32,000 nt of DNA from Alkanindiges illinoisensis DSM 15370. GTDB taxonomy: Bacteria; Pseudomonadota; Gammaproteobacteria; Pseudomonadales; Moraxellaceae. Within the stretch, counting starts at the first letter, position 1. The number at the start of each line of letters is the position of its first letter. Both the position numbers and the translations under genes were made by a program. Where the stretch lies: NCBI RefSeq assembly GCF_000619845.1, contig NZ_JHUX01000010.1, forward strand, positions 1 to 32,000. The letters are read 5' to 3'. Positions 1 to 6,165 of this stretch are shown here, in pieces. A model generated the notes under the pieces. The model did not search any database, was not told the origin of the DNA, and saw only the letters and a list, made by a program, of their open reading frames with translations.

Positions 1-1
1 C

Positions 2-562
2 GATGCAGGCCTGGACTACTACAACCATAACCTCGATACCTCACGCCAGCATTACAGCAATGTGATCACCACCCGCAGCTTTGATGACCGCCTGCAAACT
101 TTAGAGCATGTGCGTAACAGTGGCATGAAAGTGTGTAGTGGTGGCATTTTAGGCTTAGGTGAGCAGCAAAGCGACCGCATCAGCTTATTGCATGAACTGG
201 CCACCCAGCCCATCCATCCCCAGTCAGTACCCATCAATATGCTGGTGCCGATTGCAGGCACTCCCCTTGCAGATGCCCCCAAGGTGAGTGTGATCGAATG
301 GGTCAGAACCATTGCCACTGCCCGTATCCTGATGCCCAAGAGTTATATTCGCCTGTCTGCAGGTCGTGAAGGCCTGACCGATGCTGAGCAGGCGCTTTGT
401 TTTCAGGCGGGTGCCAATTCGTTTTTCTCTGGTGAGCAATTGCTGACCACGCCCAATGCAGGTGAAAGCCGTGATGCAGTTTTATTTGCACAACTGGGCA
501 TTACCAAGGAAAAAGCCAGGCTGGATGTTAAAGCGGCCGCTGTTGATGCGATGAGTGCCTGA
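2..562 (+). CDS. bioB: Biotin synthase, C-terminal part (5' end lies outside the window)
   Basis: The frame is open from base 2. The translation [54 protein letters not shown]... matches the conserved BioB core and C-terminus as I remember it. Confidence 0.9.
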   Translation, partial: DAGLDYYNHNLDTSRQHYSNVITTRSFDDRLQTLEHVRNSGMKVCSGGILGLGEQQSDRISLLHELATQPIHPQSVPINMLVPIAGTPLADAPKVSVIEWVRTIATARILMPKSYIRLSAGREGLTDAEQALCFQAGANSFFSGEQLLTTPNAGESRDAVLFAQLGITKEKARLDVKAAAVDAMSA

Positions 563-759
563 ATTTTTATCAGGATAAGCATGTTGCTAGTGCAATAAAA
601 ATCCACTAGGGACTGTTTGCTATTTAATCCTATCGTTTTATATAGTTATTTTCTGTCACTTCCACATCATCCTATATCTGCTCTCCTGGTTTATGATCAC
701 CCCAGCCAAGTATATTTTCCTAAGATAAATAAATGAAATCTCTTATAGGAAAATGAATT

Positions 760-1071
760 ATGGAGTTAGAAATGCATTCGGAAATTTTCTTTAAAAACTC
801 AGTAATATCTCATTTGGAATTTGTTAATAATAGAGATATTATTAAATTTGTAAGCACTGATAATGAGCATTCATCATTAGGAGAATTAATTTGTGAGAAA
901 ATAATTTCCTTTAATTATATCTATGATTTCGAAGAGGACTATTATTTATCTAGCATTTTTATATTTGGTGTTAAAATTATAAAGTTAAATAACTTCTTTG
1001 AAGTAATTTTTGATATGCTGGAAATATTTAACATCAAATGTAAAAATTGTAATATAGTAGAAGTAACCTAA
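760..1071 (+). CDS. Hypothetical small protein (103 aa), very AT-rich; candidate orphan immunity-type protein
   Basis: Intact ORF with AGGA about 9 nt upstream of the ATG. A hairpin/T-tract follows at 1105-1150. I recognise no family. Confidence 0.5.
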   Translation: MELEMHSEIFFKNSVISHLEFVNNRDIIKFVSTDNEHSSLGELICEKIISFNYIYDFEEDYYLSSIFIFGVKIIKLNNFFEVIFDMLEIFNIKCKNCNIVEVT

Positions 1072-1104
1072 ATATTAAAATAAATAATACTTAAGCTAAA
1101 AATG

Positions 1105-1150
1105 AGCTATCTAAAATATTGGTCAGTAAATTAGGTAGCTTATTTTTCTT
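1105..1150 (+). terminator. Putative rho-independent terminator
   Basis: AGCTATCTAA (1105-1114) pairs with TTAGGTAGCT (1131-1140) with one G-U pair, followed by TATTTTTCTT. The loop is large (16 nt). Confidence 0.4.
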
Positions 1151-1155
1151 GTTAG

Positions 1156-1389
1156 ATTCTAGTTGCACATGCGGATAATGGTCCGATCAATATGGTCGAT
1201 ATAACTGAGTATTATAATAAATTTATTAATTCTAAGGCTTCAAGTAGACAAGAAATAGCTTTAGCATTAAATTGAGAAAGAGTCAGATTTCTGGAAAATA
1301 AAGGCCCTGCTCCTGGTCAAGCTGGTGCTAATACGAAACATGATTATATGACCCCATTTAGGGAGGCTATAAAAAATGGAAGTAAATAA
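1156..1389 (+). pseudogene. Start-less reading frame with an in-frame TGA; possible decayed toxin C-terminal fragment
   Basis: A single frame reads ILVAHADNGPINMVDITEYYNKFINSKASSRQEIALALN*ERVRFLENKGPAPGQAGANTKHDYMTPFREAIKNGSK*. There is an in-frame TGA at 1273-1275 and no plausible start codon at the 5' end. The stop (1387-1389) overlaps the next ORF's ATG (1376) by 14 nt. Confidence 0.3.
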
Positions 1390-1873
1390 AAAAGATGCTT
1401 TACTGATACTAAATGGTTCAGAACCATACGTTATTCTGGATGATATTACTGATGCTAAAATTAAATCATTTAATTGCAAATTAGGATATTGTCCATGGAT
1501 AGCACAACCAGAGTTACTGGTTAGAGCAAATCTTCTGATTGGATTAACGTATATAATACCTGATCAATATATGTTGCATGTTTTAAAATGGGTTGAAGAG
1601 TTAAAGAGTGCCCATGTAAAGGTAAGTAAGATTGTATCTAAGAAATACTATAAGATTGAAGACTATTCTAATCAATATATGTTTGAAGTTTACTGGATAC
1701 TTCAAGAGCCAGATGCAAAGGAAGGGTTAGCATTGACAGAAGATTTTTGGCTGCTATCACAAAATAGCGATGAAGATTCTTTAAATAATGTATTTGCTAT
1801 AGGATTGAGTAATCCACATGAAGTTGCACAGGATCATGATTTGGAATGGAAAACTGAACTTATTAAATCCTAA
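1376..1873 (+). CDS. Hypothetical protein (165 aa); candidate immunity protein for the upstream decayed fragment
   Basis: Intact ORF with a strong SD (AGGGAGG) ~8 nt upstream. Its start overlaps the end of the upstream frame by 14 nt. AT-rich. I recognise no family. Confidence 0.6.
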   Translation: MEVNKKDALLILNGSEPYVILDDITDAKIKSFNCKLGYCPWIAQPELLVRANLLIGLTYIIPDQYMLHVLKWVEELKSAHVKVSKIVSKKYYKIEDYSNQYMFEVYWILQEPDAKEGLALTEDFWLLSQNSDEDSLNNVFAIGLSNPHEVAQDHDLEWKTELIKS

Positions 1874-1874
1874 T

Positions 1875-2389
1875 ATGAATTTAACACCTATACCTTGTTC
1901 ATTTTTTCGTGAAAAATCACTTTGTCATGGCGAGATGTGCTTTGGGGATATAAACATCAATTAGTTAGTTGGCAAACTTTTATAGCAATTGCTAATGATC
2001 GATTGATGTTGGGTTCACTTAATCCCATGGAAATAGATCTTTCTATAATTACCAAGGAAGATACCTTTCGAATCAATAAATTAGTTCATGTATTAGCCAA
2101 TAGAGAGGAGATTGACCCTGAAGATAATAGCGAGCAAAAATGGCTATTCATATTACTTTCTTGGTTATATGAGAATAGAAGTAATATTGTTGATCCTTTA
2201 GCAAAAGTTTAATCTATTTATGCAGACTTTGATTATCCTTCTGAGATAGAGGAATTCATCAGTTATATGCCTTTAACTGATGGATGCAATCCTAATCAAC
2301 ACACTAAAGAAGAAAATAAAAATAGATTATTTTCAAAGTAGAAAGAATATCTTTTGCTGACAGAAGAATGTTTCAAAGGCAAAAATTAA
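1875..2389 (+). pseudogene. Disrupted gene (listed ORF 1922..2212 is its middle part); probable small immunity-type/DUF protein
   Basis: An ATG at 1875 lies 1 nt after the previous stop, but that frame stops after 29 codons. The main frame (from 1913/1922) continues in phase through TAA 2210-2212 and TAG 2339-2341 to TAA 2387-2389: ...DPLAKV*SIYADFDYPSEIEEFISYMPLTDGCNPNQHTKEENKNRLFSK*KEYLLLTEECFKGKN*. The ...IYADFDYP.EIE.F..YMP tail reminds me of DUF2247-like proteins (unverified). Confidence 0.5.
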
Positions 2390-2512
2390 GAAGTCTATTA
2401 AACGTTTGTATTCTGGCTTAGTAGGTAATTCGGAACGGTAGTTTCCGGATTACTTGCTGAAATAGTGATAACTCTTTTTCTGGTTTATTAGATCCTAAAA
2501 GGTAAACACAAT

Positions 2513-2782
2513 ATGTCATTAGTAAATGAATTTAAAATTGATTTTATAAGTAGCGTGGAGTTTGAGTGGCTTGCGGTAGAAGTTTTATTTCGCGGGCAAA
2601 GATTAATGCAATTAAATCGAGAAAAAGGTATTGAAAATATTGAGATAGAATTTTTAACAGATATCTATCTTTTACCAGGAACAGTAGAAATGAAGTTTTC
2701 ACTAGAAGATTTTATTTATATAATACACGAAGCAAAACAAGCATTAATATTAGCTTATGAGCAAGCTGATTATTTAAAGTAA
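2513..2782 (+). CDS. Hypothetical small acidic protein (89 aa); candidate orphan immunity-type protein
   Basis: Intact ORF in the same orientation as the array. AT-rich with a weak SD. I recognise no family. Confidence 0.5.
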   Translation: MSLVNEFKIDFISSVEFEWLAVEVLFRGQRLMQLNREKGIENIEIEFLTDIYLLPGTVEMKFSLEDFIYIIHEAKQALILAYEQADYLK

Positions 2783-2809
2783 CCGGATCATAGAGAGTTT
2801 GATTCATAG

Positions 2810-3231
2810 GAAGGAAGTAACTCAGTCTATTCAGCAAATGATCTGGTTAACAAAATAGATTCTGATGATAGGCTCTCAACTTTAATTGCTATAGGTATTG
2901 TATCAGCTATAGACAGCATTATTGATGGAGTGCCACCTCAGTTAAAGGGAGCAAGAACTGCTGGTGGGATTGCAAAGAGTATGGAAGAAGGGCTAGTTAT
3001 GTAAATGCTAAATCTTTAGTTAGAACTCATGCTATTTCTGGAAAAAACTATATTGTTGATGGACATCATAGAGCTGCCGCTGCTCGTAGCCTAAATGAAG
3101 AGATTCCTATTCGGTATAATAATATCAGTGAGATTAATAATCCTGTATATAATTCTGCTGATAAAATACTAAACAGTACTAAAGAGACTAGTTCTACACT
3201 ATACAGGTCAACTAAATATGGAAGAAATTAA
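2810..3231 (+). pseudogene. Decayed toxin C-terminal fragment with a ParB/Srx-like motif
   Basis: No start codon. Frame 2 (2810-3004) reads EGSNSVYSANDLVNKIDSDDRLSTLIAIGIVSAIDSIIDGVPPQLKGARTAGGIAKSMEEGLVM*. The reading then continues after a 1-nt phase shift near 2985-3000 as ...SYVNAKSLVRTHAISGKNYIVDGHHRAAAARSLNEEIPIRYNNISEINNPVYNSADKILNSTKETSSTLYRSTKYGRN*. The YxVDGHHRxxAA motif is the hallmark of ParB/sulfiredoxin-fold domains. The stop (3229-3231) overlaps the next ATG (3218) by 14 nt. Confidence 0.45.
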
Positions 3232-3625
3232 CTTACAGGATGATTTTACTGGTTTTATTAATTTATTTATTTCGAGCAGCAAATGGGCGATTACAGAATT
3301 CTATTCTGCTCTTGGAACTAACGATTTAAGAGAAGCTTACGATAGGTTAAATTTAAAGAGAGAAGATACCATAAATGGCATCTTCTACTCCTTTCATGGA
3401 AATGGTATTTTTTTAAAATTAAAATCTATGACTATTGATATTGATTTTTTACCAAATTATAGCTTAGGCGGTTTTGATGCATCGAGGTTATCAACCTTCT
3501 ATGAAGAAAACTTTACTATATCCTCAGACTACGACTATCGTATCTTTGAAAAAAAATTAAAGGAGTTAGAACAAAATGGTGTTATTAAAAAGTTTAAGGG
3601 AAAGAATTTGTATGTTTTCACGTAA
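3218..3625 (+). CDS. Hypothetical protein (135 aa); candidate cognate immunity protein of the ParB-like toxin remnant
   Basis: Intact ORF, translationally coupled by a 14-nt overlap to the upstream fragment. A strong terminator follows. Confidence 0.6.
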   Translation: MEEINLQDDFTGFINLFISSSKWAITEFYSALGTNDLREAYDRLNLKREDTINGIFYSFHGNGIFLKLKSMTIDIDFLPNYSLGGFDASRLSTFYEENFTISSDYDYRIFEKKLKELEQNGVIKKFKGKNLYVFT

Positions 3626-3644
3626 ATATATTCAATAATTCGCT

Positions 3645-3685
3645 AGTATGAAGTATGTTCTGAGGATACTTCATACTATTTTAAT
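3645..3685 (+). terminator. Rho-independent terminator
   Basis: Perfect 12-bp stem: AGTATGAAGTAT (3645-3656) pairs with ATACTTCATACT (3666-3677). The loop is 9 nt and the stem is followed by ATTTTAATGTTT. Confidence 0.6.
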
Positions 3686-3687
3686 GT

Positions 3688-3802
3688 TTATACCTATTTA
3701 TTTTCTACGAAAAAATAATTTGTCATGGTGGGATTTACGTTAGGTATATAGAAATTAATTATTTGGCTAGCAAACTATTATAGTAATCGCTAACGATTAC
3801 CT
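3688..3802 (+). repeat. Degenerate second copy of the 5' end of the 1875..2389 gene
   Basis: An ungapped alignment of 1921-1999 with 3719-3797 gives 61/79 identities by my count. Flanking similarity continues upstream (TATACCT...TTTT). This copy hits a stop after ~10 codons (LSWWDLRLGI*) and ends near the truncated 3' end of the integrase. Confidence 0.5.
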
Positions 3803-3924
3803 TCGCTCTTTTTTAAAATAAACTAATCTCTTTCAGACACAAAACTAGATTTTTGATTTTCCTATATTGCTCATCGGTATAAGTGCTATGTTTTTGGTTT
3901 GAGGATAGAAATAAAAAGGGAAGG

Positions 3925-4986
3925 TTATTGAGAGTTTAAACTAAAACCAACACGCCTCAATAGATGATATAGCGTCCCTGAACCCATCATGCCATTCCGT
4001 CCTGGAAAAATATAAGGACTGTCTGGATACGCCTCAAACTGTTCTTGGATAATAGCCATCATTTGTGTTGAAAGCGGAACAATATGAATGCGGTTTTTTT
4101 TCATATTACGCTGGCCAGCTTTGAGCTGCTTTTTTGATGCAACAGGGATAGTCCATGTTTGATCATCCCAATTGATATAACTCTTTAAGCCGCGTCTTAC
4201 CTCAATTGTGCGTAGCATGGAGTACAACAAAGCCCGCGCAGCATTCTTCGTGCTTAAGGTGCTACCGCTATCAGTGATGTTCTTGAGAATATTTGACCGC
4301 TCTTGGGCTTCCATGGGCTTGGCATGTTCATGGGCAGGAAACTCAATATAGTCACGCAAAATATAGGTTGGGTTGATGCTTGCGCGTTTGGTAATAATGG
4401 CATAGGCAAATACTTCGCCAATATAACTTTTGACCAATCTGGCTGCATATTCACCAGTACCCACATTACCCCCCTTATTTTGCCGTATTCCGCTTCTGAT
4501 ACGCGCTATGACTTTATCAATAACTCCAATGACGTGCTGGGAATCAATTTCATTAGTAGGCAGTCTACCAATGCAAGGATAAACATCACGTTCAAAATAA
4601 GATTGTCGGCTGCTTAGCTAGTTAGCTGATTTGTTTTCTTTCCTTTTTTCGAGCATTTCTTTTGAAATTTCTTCAAAAGTTTCATTTTTATTTTTAATGG
4701 CTTCCAGCTTTACCGTTTCCTTATTGGCTTGGGGGTCTATCCCTTTGGCTAATAATTCCCGCTGTTTTAAGGTATCCTGCCGGGCAAAGGCCAGTGAAAT
4801 TTCAGGATGGTTCCCGATGGTATACATCTTGGGAACATTAAGAAATCGATAACGGAATCGCCAGATTTTAGTACCCGTTGGACGAACTTCAAGGCATAGT
4901 CCATCATGGTCAGCAACGCGATAAAGTTTATCAGTTGGCTTGAGCTGTTTTACTTTGGTATCGGTGAGTAAGATTGTGAGTAACAT
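3925..4986 (-). pseudogene. int: P4-type tyrosine integrase, inactivated (in-frame TAG plus loss of the catalytic C-terminus)
   Basis: The N-terminus MLLTILLTDTKVKQLKPTDKLYRVADHDGLCLEVRPTGTKIWRFRYRF... is typical of the P4-integrase arm-binding (DUF4102-type) domain. ORFs 4618..4986 and 3925..4464 are in the same frame, joined through 4465-4617 (LSSRQSYFERDVYPCIGRLPTNEIDSQHVIGVIDKV...) and separated only by a TAG at 4618-4620. The protein ends at ...GTLYHLLRRVGFSLNSQ*, just before where the HxxR...Y catalytic region is expected. Confidence 0.85.
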
Positions 4987-5014
4987 GAAATCTTACTCAC
5001 AATCTTACTCACAA
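4964..5014. repeat. Perfect 20-bp inverted repeat (9-nt spacer) plus a 12-bp tandem repeat spanning the integrase start codon
   Basis: GTGAGTAAGATTGTGAGTAA (4964-4983) is the exact reverse complement of TTACTCACAATCTTACTCAC (4993-5012). The spacer CATGAAATC contains the integrase ATG (4984-4986, minus strand). TCTTACTCACAA is repeated in tandem (4991-5002 and 5003-5014). The 8-mer TTACTCAC therefore occurs four times, two in each orientation, at 12-bp spacing. Confidence 0.9.
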
Positions 5015-5106
5015 AATGTCTGGTTGTCATCATACAAGTATGGATGTTATCGGACAATCAAGTGAATATATAGTGATTAATTTCAGTAATTTAAGGAATA
5101 TATCGG

Positions 5107-5322
5107 ATGTGTATGGATGAGATTAGAGATTTGCAAGTTAAAATTGCATTTCAGGATGATTTTATTGAGTCTTTAAACCAGATGGTGGCCAGCCAGCAGC
5201 ACACCATTCTGGATTTGCAAAAACAGATGCAGTTGCTGTACCAGCGGGTGGAATCTTACCAGAATGGCGAAAATGGTGTCGCGCCATTTGACCCTTTACA
5301 GGAAATTCCACCGCATTACTAA
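5107..5322 (+). CDS. slyX: SlyX family protein
   Basis: 71 aa coiled-coil protein: ...IAFQDDFIESLNQMVASQQHTILDLQKQMQLLYQRV...EIPPHY. The AFQ motif and PPHY terminus match E. coli SlyX as I recall it. The start could be 5107 or 5113. Confidence 0.75.
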   Translation: MCMDEIRDLQVKIAFQDDFIESLNQMVASQQHTILDLQKQMQLLYQRVESYQNGENGVAPFDPLQEIPPHY

Positions 5323-5373
5323 GCAATGACGGTGGATAACCAGTATGGCGTCTTATTAATGTGGATTAAACGC

Positions 5374-6165
5374 TTAATCTTCAAACTGCCTAAAATTTGG
5401 TGCGCGTTTTTCCTTAAATGCTGCCACTGCTTCATGCAAGGCTGCAGAGTGCGCGCGCTCAATGAATAATTCTCCTTCGGCATTAATTTGTTGCAGCACC
5501 TGAGGCGTATGGCCGCGTAACAGTTGCTTGCTCATTTTCAGACTGGCAATCGGCAACTGGGTCAGGCGGCTCGCCTTGGCAAATGCATACTCGTAGACAT
5601 CGGCATCTTCGACAATATGGTTAACCAGTCCCGCTGACAATGCACTTTGGGCATTAAAGGGTTCACCCAGTAATAGCATTTCTGCTGCTTTTAAATAACC
5701 AGCTCGCTGGGGCAGTAATAAGGTAGACGCGCCTTCTGGCACCAGCCCCAGGGTTAAAAATGGCAACTGGAAGCGTGCCTTGGCATCGGTATACACGAGG
5801 TCTGCATGCAGCAGCAGGGTTGAACCAATACCAATGGCAACACCTTTAATGGCAATTACTAGCGGCTTGCTAAAGTTAGCTGCGGCGCGCAAGACAACAA
5901 ACGCGGGTGCTTCGGTATTTTTTGGCGGATTGTCAATAAAATCCTGCAAGTCATTACCGGCACAAAAATCCTGTTCACCCCGTAATAGCACCACACGCAC
6001 TGCACTGGACTGGTCAGCTTCATGGAGGGATTTCGCCAGTGCCAAATAAAAGTCACCAAAAAATGCGTTCTTGCGCTCAGGGCGGTTAAGGATCAGTTCC
6101 AGAATGCCATTGTCATGCAACTGGGCATTCAGGTTGGCATGCGGGTTGGTCACGCAGTTCAGCAT
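5374..6165 (-). CDS. Enoyl-CoA hydratase/isomerase (crotonase) family protein
   Basis: 263 aa with typical crotonase motifs (RPERKNAF, FCAGNDL, KPLVIAIKGVAIGIGSTLLLHADL, AAFKEKRAP). Confidence 0.85.
   Translation of the reverse strand: MLNCVTNPHANLNAQLHDNGILELILNRPERKNAFFGDFYLALAKSLHEADQSSAVRVVLLRGEQDFCAGNDLQDFIDNPPKNTEAPAFVVLRAAANFSKPLVIAIKGVAIGIGSTLLLHADLVYTDAKARFQLPFLTLGLVPEGASTLLLPQRAGYLKAAEMLLLGEPFNAQSALSAGLVNHIVEDADVYEYAFAKASRLTQLPIASLKMSKQLLRGHTPQVLQQINAEGELFIERAHSAALHEAVAAFKEKRAPNFRQFED

Larger units (their letters stand above)
686..5041. mobile_element. Degenerate integrase-associated AT-rich genomic island (cassette array plus decayed P4-type integrase)
   Basis: GC drops sharply: sampled 60-nt lines give 20-37% in the cassette part and ~43% in the integrase, against ~57% in topA. 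A tyrosine integrase remnant sits at the right end. The island lies between the housekeeping genes bioB and slyX. The boundaries are approximate and rest on the composition change plus a weak imperfect repeat (685-713 vs 5020-5041). Confidence 0.6.

Noticed and set aside
1267-1479. Minus-strand ORF 1267..1479 (70 aa)
   Set aside because: It overlaps the strong-SD start of + strand ORF 1376..1873 and the upstream remnant. It lies in AT-rich DNA, where long random ORFs are uncommon but do occur, and there is no supporting signal.
4465-4620. Apparent frameshift splitting the integrase into ORFs 4618..4986 and 3925..4464
   Set aside because: Codon phasing shows both ORFs are in the same frame (4620-4464 = 156, divisible by 3), and the intervening 153 nt translate sensibly. 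The only lesion is an in-frame TAG at 4618-4620, so I describe it as a nonsense mutation, not a frameshift.
4254-4852. ORFs 4303..4617 (+), 4631..4852 (+) and 4254..4466 (-) overlapping the integrase
   Set aside because: They are antisense to, or out of frame with, a reading frame that has clear integrase homology. They have low-complexity translations and no SD, so I treat them as spurious.
600-5000. Integron-like cassette array
   Set aside because: The integrase is P4-type rather than IntI-like, and it converges on the cassette array instead of diverging from it. I saw no attC-like imperfect palindromes between cassettes.
4991-5014. 12-bp tandem repeat as a possible CRISPR or minisatellite
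   Set aside because: There are only two adjacent copies with no spacers. It is part of the integrase-start palindrome, not an array.
4987-5106. Expected tRNA/tmRNA integration target next to the P4-type integrase (also checked at 563-760)
   Set aside because: I could find no cloverleaf-compatible sequence and no T-loop-like GGTTCGAATCC motif at either island end. I make no tRNA call.
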